Below, in pieces: positions 28,678-39,224 of a stretch of DNA of 43,334 bases. The position numbers and the translations under genes are program-made. The stretch covers positions 1-43,334 of the forward strand of contig DATGZA010000078.1 of the NCBI GenBank assembly GCA_035297365.1, given 5' to 3'. Positions within the stretch are counted from its first letter, which is position 1. The number at the start of each line of letters is the position of its first letter. Source of the stretch: Nitrososphaeraceae archaeon. Lineage in GTDB: Archaea > Thermoproteota > Nitrososphaeria > Nitrososphaerales > Nitrososphaeraceae. The notes below the pieces were generated by a model. It ran no database searches. It was not told the DNA's origin and saw nothing but the letters and a program-made list of their open reading frames with translations.

Positions 28678-31032
28678 TTATTGTAAATTTTGCTCAATAT
28701 GAGATGCTATTCTAAATGCCAATGCACTTATAGTTAAAGAAGGATTGACTCCCAAAGATGTTGGAATTATAGATCCATCAGCAACGTATAATCCTGAATA
28801 TTTAACATTTCCATTTTTACCATTAAATACTCTTCCTAAACTATCAACTACTCCAGTAGATGCATCATCGGACATTGGACATCCTCCTATAGGATGAGCA
28901 GAAATTTGTGTTTTAGACTGTGTATCCCATAAAGGTATTATAAGACTATTTTCTCCTTCTTTTCCTATCTCTCTTGCAAAGAATTTCATACCATTCAAGA
29001 CTTTATCATAAATTTCTTGATCTAAATTATAATTTTTATCTAAGTCTATTTTATTATCTTTTTCATTCCAAAACAATTTTGATTCATTATTAATATCTCT
29101 TCCAATTCCAAATAAAACTAAAATATTAGATACCCGTTCTTCTGGAGATCGATTTAGTTTATTTTTTGAAAAGAGATTGACTAAATTAGAAAAAATATTA
29201 ATAAAAGTTGAAAGAGTAGGAATGTCTAATCCATTTAGTTTAGATAAAATATTTCTGGTTTCTGGATTGTCAAAATTAATGTTGTTAAGAACCATCTGAG
29301 TAAACAATGTGGTGAATGATTTATTGGGTATAAACGGTTTCAATGCAATAGATCCTTTTTGTTCCTTCATAATGTCAAATATAGTAGCAAATACATCTGC
29401 AAACATTCTTGGAATGCCTACATCTTCTATTGAAAAAGTAAAATTGTTATTATCCTTAAATAAGGCTATAGAAGTCTGAGTAGGTCCTCTTGTTGCGTCT
29501 ACATTATATTTTGTAGGATTTATTACTCCAAATAAATCTCCATTGGTCGAAAATTTCTTTCCTAACATATTACTTAAATTAAGTTTTTTAGATTTTAGTA
29601 AAATTTCTGTTGATCCTAATGTTCCTGCTGAAAGAATCACTTGATTGGTTTTAATTACTTTGGTAATACTAGTCTTTTCTTCTGAGGTTAACTCTCGGGT
29701 AGGTGAAAAATCATCATTATCTATTATATAGCGATAATCTAGAAATTTTACTGCGTATTTATAGTCTTGTTCACCCGTTTCATATATTTCTAAAACTTCA
29801 CATAATGGATGTACATCCACTGGTAATTTTTCTTTATTTATAGCATTAACAATCTGTTTATTTAATGTATGACGTGCTCCTGGAATACAACCTATACCGC
29901 ATCTTCCTTGTCTTTGACAAATATTTTTTTGAAGGAAACCAGAATATTTAGTAATATCATCCTGATTGGGACGACCAATATCTGGATTGAAAACATCATT
30001 GGATATATCTGTAATTGATAATTTTGCATTAAGATCAGAAATATTCATAATCTTCTGAGTATTCTTATTGATCCTTTTGGCTGCATCTTGAAAAACTTTG
30101 GTTTTAGGCAATTGAAATGGAGGATTTGATAAGGCGGAAATAGTTGTTATTGGATTAACTCCTATGAATCGTTCTGCAACTGGAAAATATTCGTCTAAGG
30201 AAGGGTTCCCATCATGTTCTGTTGGCCAATTTTCGTATACATTATGATCTGGTTTTTCAGTAATATTAAAGTAAACTAGGGAACCTCCCCCTACACCACT
30301 GGCAGAAATTATGTTCACATTTTTCATCCTTTGAAAATCGTAAAGACCTTCAACTGGGTTTACAGCCCTAGAATTTCCAATAGCAGTTAACATTCCTTTC
30401 AGATCATTGGGATATGCCCAAGTATTAAATGGCATATTATTTTTTATCAAATAGGAACGTAAGGATTTTGAATCTATTGAATTCTGATCTAATGATTGAG
30501 GAATTTCATGACTAATCCACCATTGACCTCTCTCAAGAATACAAACTCGTCTTTTTCCTGATTCCTTTTTATTTTTTTCATCATATTTTTTCGCAATTGA
30601 TAAAGAAATAATTGTTCCCCCAAAACCTGAGCCAATAACTATTGATTCATATGCATTTGGAATTGCTATCTGATCACGAATAACGATAATTTCTATTATG
30701 TTATCTAGATTGTCAATAATATTGCCTTTCCATCTTCTTGCCTTTGCTCCATTAATTATAATTTCCTTTTTTTCCCTTTTGTATCTACTTTTCCAATCTC
30801 TCAATGACACAAATTTTTTTTCTATATCTATCAAAATCAAATAAACATTTGAATTTACCGCTTCGATATCTCTTGCTGGTATTAGTTTAAAGTATCCGTT
30901 ATTATCGGTAATTACAGGAATAGGGGTAAGATTAAGATCTCCAAGTAATTGACGATCCTGAAAGGCTTGAACCGGTATGCCAGATAAAGGTTGATTAGAT
31001 ACGTCATGTACATAACCTTCTATTATAGCCAT
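28678..31032 (-). CDS. GMC-family oxidoreductase, cholesterol-oxidase-like (GMC2), with an extra ~120-aa N-terminal beta-sandwich-like domain
   Basis: Paralogue of 5205..7457 (IGSGFGG, LERGQWW, CQRQGRC..GC, HPIGGC, GVNPSLTI). The N-terminus IEGYVHD…PLSGIPV…TDNNGYF resembles carboxypeptidase-regulatory-like domains. Confidence 0.9.
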   Translation of the reverse strand: MAIIEGYVHDVSNQPLSGIPVQAFQDRQLLGDLNLTPIPVITDNNGYFKLIPARDIEAVNSNVYLILIDIEKKFVSLRDWKSRYKREKKEIIINGAKARRWKGNIIDNLDNIIEIIVIRDQIAIPNAYESIVIGSGFGGTIISLSIAKKYDEKNKKESGKRRVCILERGQWWISHEIPQSLDQNSIDSKSLRSYLIKNNMPFNTWAYPNDLKGMLTAIGNSRAVNPVEGLYDFQRMKNVNIISASGVGGGSLVYFNITEKPDHNVYENWPTEHDGNPSLDEYFPVAERFIGVNPITTISALSNPPFQLPKTKVFQDAAKRINKNTQKIMNISDLNAKLSITDISNDVFNPDIGRPNQDDITKYSGFLQKNICQRQGRCGIGCIPGARHTLNKQIVNAINKEKLPVDVHPLCEVLEIYETGEQDYKYAVKFLDYRYIIDNDDFSPTRELTSEEKTSITKVIKTNQVILSAGTLGSTEILLKSKKLNLSNMLGKKFSTNGDLFGVINPTKYNVDATRGPTQTSIALFKDNNNFTFSIEDVGIPRMFADVFATIFDIMKEQKGSIALKPFIPNKSFTTLFTQMVLNNINFDNPETRNILSKLNGLDIPTLSTFINIFSNLVNLFSKNKLNRSPEERVSNILVLFGIGRDINNESKLFWNEKDNKIDLDKNYNLDQEIYDKVLNGMKFFAREIGKEGENSLIIPLWDTQSKTQISAHPIGGCPMSDDASTGVVDSLGRVFNGKNGNVKYSGLYVADGSIIPTSLGVNPSLTISALAFRIASHIEQNLQ

Positions 31033-31194
31033 TTTATTACTATAAGATTTGTTTCTAATATTTAAGGAAGATGATAATAGAAAATTGAGTCTTTACGTTT
31101 TAGCAACATTATATTAGTATATGATGGTAATTGGGGGATATTATAGAAATTTATAAATTTATCCATCTTATTTTAGATTAGTATAAACAATAAT

Positions 31195-31255
31195 TTTTTC
31201 GGCTCCGAAAAATATCATACCTTGAAATATTTATGTTATCATATTTAATAGAAAT
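31195..31255 (-). repeat. 61-bp repeat, copy 2 (inverted)
   Basis: 58/61 identical to 7577-7637; lies about 160 bp upstream of GMC2. Confidence 0.85.
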
Positions 31256-31647
31256 GACTCATCCTAACAAAAACGTAAATATTATTTGTTTACCTTGTAC
31301 GACTGATAATAAAATATATGATTTGCTATTTATTTCAGAATCTTATTTTACTGATGCAAATATTATAGAAGAAAAAAGAATATCTGAAGGTGATGATATT
31401 TTTATTTGCATCAAGGAATAGTCTTGTAATATTTAAACAGTGAGGTATTGCTCTACCAACGAAAATTACTATTTTACCATATCTTTTCTATACGTGTTTT
31501 TAGGTAGTCAACAACGTATTGCTGTTAAATTTATCACATGGTCTGAATAATACGAATTGATCAACATAATTTTATCCATTTAACTATAAATTTGACTATT
31601 AAAATAGAAAATTTAGTATAATTAAATTATATGTGAAAGTAAGAATT

Positions 31648-32256
31648 TTATTTTATTTTATTTCCTTCTTTGTCATTTATTGACTTTACAATTCCATATA
31701 TTGATTGATTCAAAAAGTGATTCCCAGTATCTTCATTATCTAAGATAAATTTTATTGTATTACCTTTAGAAATTGTAATATTGATATCGGTATTGTTATA
31801 AGGTATTAGATTATTTAGTTTAACGTCAACAATACCAGAGACAGATAAATTCCTATTTGGATCTAACAATACCTTATTATTCTCATCATTGGTTTTGAAA
31901 TTGATGAATTCATGGCTATGCCATTTTGTTCCATCAGCAAGTACTTTTGTAAAATTTACATAAAGTTTTGTTATCGTTCCATTCTTAGCAGCAAGATCCC
32001 AATATCCTGATAGAATGAATTTTTTATCATCTGAAACATTCCAACTGTGGCCATTATCAGTAGTAGCATCTGGTACGAATATCAAAGAACTAATTGCTCC
32101 ATTTATATTAAAAGTATCAGTACTATTTTCAGGGCTAGTTTTCAGAGCACTTGTCTGTCCTAAAACTTGATTTACATTTATCTCAGTTAGGATAAAACTC
32201 AATCCAAGAATAGTTATAAAAGATATTACCAAACTAATTATGTTAAAGACTTTCAT
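31648..32256 (-). CDS. Secreted/membrane-anchored hypothetical protein
   Basis: N-terminal hydrophobic helix followed by a beta-rich domain with HSHE and NHF motifs. Confidence 0.75.
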   Translation of the reverse strand: MKVFNIISLVISFITILGLSFILTEINVNQVLGQTSALKTSPENSTDTFNINGAISSLIFVPDATTDNGHSWNVSDDKKFILSGYWDLAAKNGTITKLYVNFTKVLADGTKWHSHEFINFKTNDENNKVLLDPNRNLSVSGIVDVKLNNLIPYNNTDINITISKGNTIKFILDNEDTGNHFLNQSIYGIVKSINDKEGNKIK

Positions 32257-32394
32257 TTTTGTCTAACTTGATTAGGTTAATCTGATAAATATTGTTTTCT
32301 CCTTTTCTCATGTTAGCCATAATCTATTATCTCATGACAATCAAAAGTTTCAAAATAACTTCGTTTTTGTAAATCTATTGTCAAATATTTAGTT

Positions 32395-33642
32395 TTATTC
32401 TTTTTCTTCTTCAGGTGGTTTTATTTTTCTAAAGTGTATGTATAGAGATATGTCATAGAATATCTTTAGTAATCCTCCTATTATAAAAGGAGCAGATAAA
32501 GATAGAATCCCAATTATATAACCTGTAATTGATGGACTAATCGCTTGCGCTATATTTCTTGATAAATTAGTTATTCCAGCTGATGCTGTTCTTTCATCTT
32601 CTTCTACTACTGCTACAATATATGATTGTCTTGTTGGAACATCCATTTGAGATAAAGCCATTCTTATCATATAAAATACAATTGCTATTTCAACAGTAGG
32701 AGCAAAAGCAAGCAATATTAATAAAATATTAGATGGAATATGAGTAAAGACCATTGTATTTATCAGTCCTATTTTATCTGCAATCTTGGCAGCAACTAGG
32801 TATGAAAATGCTGTAAGCACACTACCTATTGAGAAAATATAAGAAATTGTTGACAGATCGATATCAAATTTAGAAAAAAACCAAAATGAAACTATACTCT
32901 GAATAGCAAACCCTCCAGCAAATGAATCGATAGCAAATAATCCTGATAGTTTAGTGACAATTTTCTTTGATTTTGGATTTAAAGTTTTAGATAGTGGTTT
33001 TAAAGTCTTTTCTTGTTTTTTAATTTCTATAGCAGAAGAAAGTTTTAGATAAATTCCTATCACCAATATTCCTAACAGAGAATAAAAGAGAAACAATATT
33101 TTGATCGCAGAAATTTGATCAAATCCCAATTCATTTTGCTGAATTATAATAGGAAAATTGGCAATCAGAATTCCTGCTCCCATTGCAAATGTTCCTGCCA
33201 TATTGTAAAATCCAAAAAGCGTATTTCTTTTTCTATTATCTTGGATAGTTTGAGGAAGTATTGATTGCTCCATAGAAAGAAAAGCACTTGTTTCTGAACC
33301 TGTTATGTTAAGTGTCCCTACTAAAGCAGCAATAATAAGTGCTATTGGATTTTCAGTTACAAAAAAGATTGCTCCTGAAATAGACATCATAACAGTATAT
33401 AGTAATAGTGTATTCCTTCTTCCTATACGATCAGCATAAAAACTTGCAAATAATGTGAATATAATACTATTTATCAATGTGAGAGAAAGAATTACGCCAA
33501 TTAGAATATCATCAAATCCAATTAACTTCAAATATATTGCAAGAATTACACTTAAAAAACCATATGCAAACGTTCTTACTATTCTGGCACATAAAAGTAA
33601 TTTACCATCTGTTGATATCCATTGAAATAAATTATTTATCAT
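32395..33642 (-). CDS. MFS transporter
   Basis: ADRIGRR and ADKIG motif-A loops, DSFAGGF and SQMDVPTRQSY; about 12 TMs. ATG 33642 is preferred to avoid overlap. Confidence 0.92.
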   Translation of the reverse strand: MINNLFQWISTDGKLLLCARIVRTFAYGFLSVILAIYLKLIGFDDILIGVILSLTLINSIIFTLFASFYADRIGRRNTLLLYTVMMSISGAIFFVTENPIALIIAALVGTLNITGSETSAFLSMEQSILPQTIQDNRKRNTLFGFYNMAGTFAMGAGILIANFPIIIQQNELGFDQISAIKILFLFYSLLGILVIGIYLKLSSAIEIKKQEKTLKPLSKTLNPKSKKIVTKLSGLFAIDSFAGGFAIQSIVSFWFFSKFDIDLSTISYIFSIGSVLTAFSYLVAAKIADKIGLINTMVFTHIPSNILLILLAFAPTVEIAIVFYMIRMALSQMDVPTRQSYIVAVVEEDERTASAGITNLSRNIAQAISPSITGYIIGILSLSAPFIIGGLLKIFYDISLYIHFRKIKPPEEEKE

Positions 33643-33661
33643 AATTTTTATGGTCGAACAA

Positions 33662-34375
33662 TTAGCAGAAGTAATTTTTAATTTGGCTTTTTGTCGGTAA
33701 TGAAATATCATCTATTAGTTTCCATTTGTTTGCTTCTGCAATAGCTTTTCTTTCGCAGTCAGAAATCTTGTTAAATGGATGATAAACCAAAGATGACATA
33801 ATAGATTTCTTGAAATTTGCATGTCCCAATCCTAAACTATGTCCTATTTCATGTTTTGCTATATATTCAATTATATTTTTGTTCAATTGTCGTCCAAAAG
33901 CCTCTTCGCCAAGAAAGATTTTGACATTAAAAACAAATCCATTTGAATCAAAATTAGTTATAGTCTGTCCTGCGACTTTTCCATTATCACTTCCAGTGGA
34001 AATTTCTATATCTATTTTTTCTTTAATATTTGCTTGTTTAAATTCTATTCCTTGTATGTTTTGGTCCCAATAATTTAATGCAGATATGACTAATTTTTTG
34101 GTTTCAGGTTTTGCATTATTTATTTCATACGTCAATATTCCATCTGCAAGTTTATCTCCCCATGTACAACATATTTCTATTTGTTTTTTTACGTTATTAG
34201 GAGAAGAAATTTGAGTGACAGAATAGATAGAATCAAAATTAGATATAATTAAAGTAATACTAGAGAAGACTATAATGAAAAAATACAAGTATTTTATATA
34301 GTTGTTCAATAAATGCACTATAAAATTAACTAATATATTTTGATGCAAAACACAAATATTTTTTTTTAGATACAC
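33662..34375 (-). CDS. Matrixin-like (metzincin) zinc metalloprotease, paralogue 1
   Basis: HEIGHSLGLGH plus Met-turn (SIM) and an N-terminal TM; start uncertain. Confidence 0.88.
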   Translation of the reverse strand: MYLKKNICVLHQNILVNFIVHLLNNYIKYLYFFIIVFSSITLIISNFDSIYSVTQISSPNNVKKQIEICCTWGDKLADGILTYEINNAKPETKKLVISALNYWDQNIQGIEFKQANIKEKIDIEISTGSDNGKVAGQTITNFDSNGFVFNVKIFLGEEAFGRQLNKNIIEYIAKHEIGHSLGLGHANFKKSIMSSLVYHPFNKISDCERKAIAEANKWKLIDDISLPTKSQIKNYFC

Positions 34376-34523
34376 AATAACCTAAATTTACGTGTATGAA
34401 AGAAGAATCTTCTATTTTATTCATTACGATGTCACTTTAGCTAACTCGTTATAAAGAAGAAACATCATCATAATACTATGTTTTTGCAAGTTATTATTAA
34501 TAGTACTAAAACAATATATCTAT

Positions 34524-35474
34524 TTATCTTTTAATTAAATAGCACCCACTTAAAATTACTCCTACTGCAATAACTTGATAAATCGTAATATTTTCATTTA
34601 AAAATACTTTTGCAAATATAATACCAAATATTGAAGATGTTGAAAATAATAATATTGTTTTTACCGTTCCAATTCTTTTAAGACCGTGAAGAAAAAAGAA
34701 TAGAGAACCTCCAATTCCCATTGAGCCTGCAAATACTAAATATGACACATGAATGATGTCAATATCAAATTCCGCAAGACCAAAGACAATAATAGTTATA
34801 ATAAAAAGTAATGATCCTCCAATTAATGTTTTTAAAACTATTATTTTGGGTATGTGAATAGTTTTGGAAAGAATTCTACTTATATTGTTGTCAAGAGCCC
34901 AAAAAAGTGCCGAACCCACAACAAGAATATTTCCTATGTTTAACTCTAGAAAAGAATTTGATGAAAAAAATTGCATATTTGTAGTAAGAATAACAATCCC
35001 AATTAAAACAAGTATCATTGCTAATATTTCACGTTTGATTAATTTTTCATTAAAAAATACAATAGCTAAAAGAATTGAAAATAAAACTTCTCCACTGATT
35101 AGTATTGAAGAGTCCGATGCAGAACTATTTGAAAGACCATAAAAGAAAAGTGATGGTGCTATAACTGCTCCGCAAAGACTTGTAAGTAAAAGCAAAAAAT
35201 AACTTTTATTATTATTTGTCCATTTACTAGTGTTTGAAGGATTTGTAGATTCTAAAGTAGAGCTACTAGAATTAGTAGCTGAAAATTTCATAAATGGGAT
35301 TAAACTTAATCCTGCAATTATATATGTTAGAGATGAAACTGATAATGCATTTAGATCCTCAAGAACTGGCTTTGTTATAGTAGATACTGAACCAAACAGT
35401 ATGGCTGCAATAATTGCAGATAGATAACCAATATGTTCGTTTTTTAATAGGTGTATAAATGTCATAAAAATCAA
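34524..35474 (-). CDS. EamA/DMT-family transporter
   Basis: Two EamA repeats (FFNEKL, FLNENI) and about 10 TMs. Confidence 0.88.
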   Translation of the reverse strand: MIFMTFIHLLKNEHIGYLSAIIAAILFGSVSTITKPVLEDLNALSVSSLTYIIAGLSLIPFMKFSATNSSSSTLESTNPSNTSKWTNNNKSYFLLLLTSLCGAVIAPSLFFYGLSNSSASDSSILISGEVLFSILLAIVFFNEKLIKREILAMILVLIGIVILTTNMQFFSSNSFLELNIGNILVVGSALFWALDNNISRILSKTIHIPKIIVLKTLIGGSLLFIITIIVFGLAEFDIDIIHVSYLVFAGSMGIGGSLFFFLHGLKRIGTVKTILLFSTSSIFGIIFAKVFLNENITIYQVIAVGVILSGCYLIKR

Positions 35475-35525
35475 AAAGATTATTTATACTATAAAATCCT
35501 AAAAGGAAGAAAAGAAATAATTTAT

Positions 35526-36374
35526 CTAACTTGATTTTAAGTTAAATAGAATCTGTAAATTAGGATGTATGTTGGTATGAACGATTTTCATAACATTCAT
35601 CGGTTTCTCCTTATTGTTTATCGCATTATCTAGTTCTAATAATCCATTTTCGAGTTTTTTAAGGTAATCCTGAGTTTTGGTATTATTTCCTGCAAGTGAA
35701 GATGGTGAGATTTCTTTATAATATTTATCTAATGCTTTATTAGAAAAGGCTGATGCACTTTCATAATTAGAGAAATTTAAAAGACCAGATTGACTAACAG
35801 TGTCAGCCGTCGTTGCTAATTTATGTATGTTTGACATGTTGGTTAAATCTATTCCAACATTAAAGGCATCACCGTAATTTTGAAGTGCTGTATCTACAAT
35901 GCTTGCTAATATAAGTGCCTGAATAGTTGAATTATTCAATTGTTCTTGATCTATTCTAGTAGATATTGCTTCTTCTAATATTGCATCAATAGTTTCTACT
36001 GTATTAACAAGCTGTGATTTATCAGGAGATTTAATTTGTATCAATAATGTATTTAATGTATCATCTAACTCGGTTGCGATTCTCTCATTCCTTTCTGAAA
36101 GTTCATCTTTTGTATGAGAATCATAATTTTGAAGAGCGATATTCGCATGTATTTGACCTGAACTTTGGTCACTATTGCCATCGGTAGTGTTTTCTGCAAG
36201 GGCTGATTCAACTTTTATTTTTTCTACAATTGTTAGAAAATGTGCGCTCTCATCCGGAGAGAAATTGTGAGCAAAAGAGTTTTGGAAAGAATGAGAACCG
36301 AGACCAACAGAAATTACAGCAAAAGTGGTTAGCAATATTGTAATAGGCATGTTTTTCAAATTTACCAAAGACAT
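35526..36374 (-). CDS. Secreted helical hypothetical protein X1
   Basis: Signal-like N-terminus then SFA|HNF, DLTNMSN, and C-terminal VHTNIHPNLQ; paralogue of 39225..40124. Confidence 0.8.
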   Translation of the reverse strand: MSLVNLKNMPITILLTTFAVISVGLGSHSFQNSFAHNFSPDESAHFLTIVEKIKVESALAENTTDGNSDQSSGQIHANIALQNYDSHTKDELSERNERIATELDDTLNTLLIQIKSPDKSQLVNTVETIDAILEEAISTRIDQEQLNNSTIQALILASIVDTALQNYGDAFNVGIDLTNMSNIHKLATTADTVSQSGLLNFSNYESASAFSNKALDKYYKEISPSSLAGNNTKTQDYLKKLENGLLELDNAINNKEKPMNVMKIVHTNIHPNLQILFNLKSS

Positions 36375-36467
36375 TCTTTTTGATTTTTATTGTTTAATCA
36401 AATAAGAATTTTATCATTTCTTTGTTAAATTTCAATTTATCTCTCAGGTCTATTTATGTAAATTATT

Positions 36468-37493
36468 TTATTTCTTGATTGGTTCCAATTCAAATCTGGC
36501 ATATGAATCTCCACCTTCTTTTAAAATATTATTAGTAAATTCTTTTAGTTTGAAATTAGCAACAATTATGTGTACGAATCTGTTATTTTGGTCGGTGAAG
36601 TCATCAATCAATATTGCATTTTGTGGGATTTCCAATCCATTTAATTTTCCTATAAATGATGAAACTTTAGATAATGGTGTATAATCTTTTGGTATCACAA
36701 GTTCCTTATGTAAATTAACGACCTGATTTACATAATTCAGGTCCCATGTAAACGGCATTTTAAATGAAATTTTTGAGGAATCTCTGTCATAAACGAAGTC
36801 CTTAATTTCGTCGTAAAATGTCTTTACTATTAAGGTCAAATTACCAAAATTATTGTTGTTGCCGCTGCTATCGTTAGAATATACTTCATCTATTACAAAT
36901 GGAAAATTCTTGCCAATACTTATAAATAAATCCACTTTCTTGTCCGAGCCCAGTTTTAGACCTTTACTTGATTTTTCAAGAATTACAGATATATCATATA
37001 ATCCACCATCTGCAAGTAATTTACTTTTCAGTGTAATTGGATTCTCTGAACTTACTTTTACTAATTCATTTTTTGATACATTTTGTTGTTCTTGTATTCT
37101 CGACGATAGAATTTCATGTATAAGAGAGCTATTTGAAGGAATAAGATTTGCCGAAACTATTCCATCAATAGCATGAAATCGTTGATCAATTATTGTTTCA
37201 TTCTTAAATTTAGCTATTATTCTATAATTGATATCATTTACAGTTTGATTTGTTTTTTCGTCATGCGCTCGGATAATTAGAGTAGGTTTTTTATCATCAT
37301 TTAAAAATGGAGGTTCAAGAATTCCTTCAATTGCGATTTGTCTTCCAGAAAAATCAAAAGGAAGAGATTCATCTCTACTTAAACCATGACCATATATTTC
37401 ATCGAATAAATTAACGGAATTGGTAAAAATAATTGAAAAAATAAAAGCATATGATAAGAATGAAAAAAATATAATATTAAAATTAATGATCAT
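36468..37493 (-). CDS. Secreted/membrane-anchored hypothetical protein Y
   Basis: N-terminal TM then IYG|HGL, GGLY and FKMPFTW; resembles thaumarchaeal surface proteins (recalled, not verified). Confidence 0.75.
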   Translation of the reverse strand: MIINFNIIFFSFLSYAFIFSIIFTNSVNLFDEIYGHGLSRDESLPFDFSGRQIAIEGILEPPFLNDDKKPTLIIRAHDEKTNQTVNDINYRIIAKFKNETIIDQRFHAIDGIVSANLIPSNSSLIHEILSSRIQEQQNVSKNELVKVSSENPITLKSKLLADGGLYDISVILEKSSKGLKLGSDKKVDLFISIGKNFPFVIDEVYSNDSSGNNNNFGNLTLIVKTFYDEIKDFVYDRDSSKISFKMPFTWDLNYVNQVVNLHKELVIPKDYTPLSKVSSFIGKLNGLEIPQNAILIDDFTDQNNRFVHIIVANFKLKEFTNNILKEGGDSYARFELEPIKK

Positions 37494-37778
37494 GATAATT
37501 AATTTTCGAATAATACCAAATATAATATTATAGAAGCCAAAATTTATGGAACGAAATCTTTGTAGATATCGCTGTTAAAGAAATTTAAATTATTTTACCA
37601 AATATTTAGTAAAAGTTAGTTCTTCTGCTTTGAAATTTTATATTTATAATTAGCTATACTAATTTACATAAATTTATTTTTATTTATTTTTGATATTTGT
37701 TCTGGTATTGTACTAGAGAAATGTGTTATAATTTTCCAATGCAATCTTAATATAAATATAAAACTCAATTATTATTAT

Positions 37779-39035
37779 ATGGAAAAAATTCTCAAATTAA
37801 CGCTAATATCCTTTACTTTGATAATTTCAGTTTTTATATATACTGATTTCATATATTCTATTTATTCACAAGAATTTGAGTTCAATCCAAGAAACTATTA
37901 TGATTTTCAAGAAGAAAAAATAGAACAAGAAAATCCAACAACAGAAACTTCAAATTTTAAAGATAAATTTGATATCACAACAGATTTTGAAAGTACAAAA
38001 AATAAACAAGCATCAAAATCTGTAGATCCAGATTCTGAAGATACAGATAAAGAAACTTGCATAGAAGACGGTCAACTTCAACAAGCAGCAGCATTAACCT
38101 TATCATCATCTAATAGTGATATGAATTCTGATTCTTATACTACAGATTTCCATTTTGTAAAAAAATTTGATAAGAATGGAACTCTTGTAGATAGTTGGGG
38201 TACTGTATGTCCAAAAGATGGTCAATTCCTGCATGCTCATGGAATAGCCATTGATTCAAAAGACAATGTGTATATTAGTGATGCAGAAAAGTGCAACATT
38301 CAAAAATTTGATACAGATGGAAATTTTGTTGCTGAATGGGGAACAAAAGGAACAGGTCCCGGTGAATTTTTGCAACCTGAAAGTATGACTGTAGATTCTT
38401 TAGATAATATCTACCTTGCAGAATATTCTGGTAAAAATATTCAAAAATTTGATAGTAATGGTAAATTCCTAACAATGTGGGGTCAAGAAGGATCAAGGAA
38501 GGGTGAATTCAAAAAACCATGGGGTATTGCGGTTGATTCAAAAGATAATGTCTATGTCAGTGATCAGGTACTTCCCCGGGTACAAAAATTTGACAGCGAT
38601 GGTATATTTATAGACATGTGGGGGAAAAAAGGCTCAAAGAAAGGTCAATTTGTACATCAACATGATATAACGGTGGACCCTAAAGATATCGTTTATGTTA
38701 CTGATGGTAGACAGAATTCTAGAGTAGCAGTCTTTGATACTGAGGGCAATTTTATAAAACATTGGGGAAGTGAAGGGAAAGATGAAGGTCAGTTTATTGA
38801 GAACCATGGTATTGTTGTTGATTCAGAAGGTAATGTCTATGTAGCCGATACAAGAAATGTTAGAGTTCAAAAATTTGATCAAAATGGTAACTTTCTAACA
38901 ATGTGGGGATCACTTGGATGTAAAGATGATCAATTTCTAATTCCTCATGACATCGCGATGGACTCTAAAGGCTATATTTATGTTACAGATAGCGGAAAAT
39001 CGCACTTTAGAGCAAACTATGATTGTAATCAATAA
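37779..39035 (+). CDS. NHL-repeat six-bladed beta-propeller protein, exported
   Basis: Six repeats of WG.KG…G.F..P.GIAVDS..NVYV.D…R.QKFD, after an N-terminal TM and an acidic linker. Confidence 0.92.
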   Translation: MEKILKLTLISFTLIISVFIYTDFIYSIYSQEFEFNPRNYYDFQEEKIEQENPTTETSNFKDKFDITTDFESTKNKQASKSVDPDSEDTDKETCIEDGQLQQAAALTLSSSNSDMNSDSYTTDFHFVKKFDKNGTLVDSWGTVCPKDGQFLHAHGIAIDSKDNVYISDAEKCNIQKFDTDGNFVAEWGTKGTGPGEFLQPESMTVDSLDNIYLAEYSGKNIQKFDSNGKFLTMWGQEGSRKGEFKKPWGIAVDSKDNVYVSDQVLPRVQKFDSDGIFIDMWGKKGSKKGQFVHQHDITVDPKDIVYVTDGRQNSRVAVFDTEGNFIKHWGSEGKDEGQFIENHGIVVDSEGNVYVADTRNVRVQKFDQNGNFLTMWGSLGCKDDQFLIPHDIAMDSKGYIYVTDSGKSHFRANYDCNQ

Positions 39036-39224
39036 TAAGAATTAGCAGTATACTGATTGACATAAAATTGTTAATTAATAGAACTTTGAGTTTTATTTTA
39101 TTTTTTTGTTAATATTTGAACATTTGTTACTAATAATTTTAATCCACAATACTGGGTATACCATTTCAGTTGACAAGATATTTGTCAAAACACTTTTATT
39201 CACTTAGCATTTTTTGTTCACATT

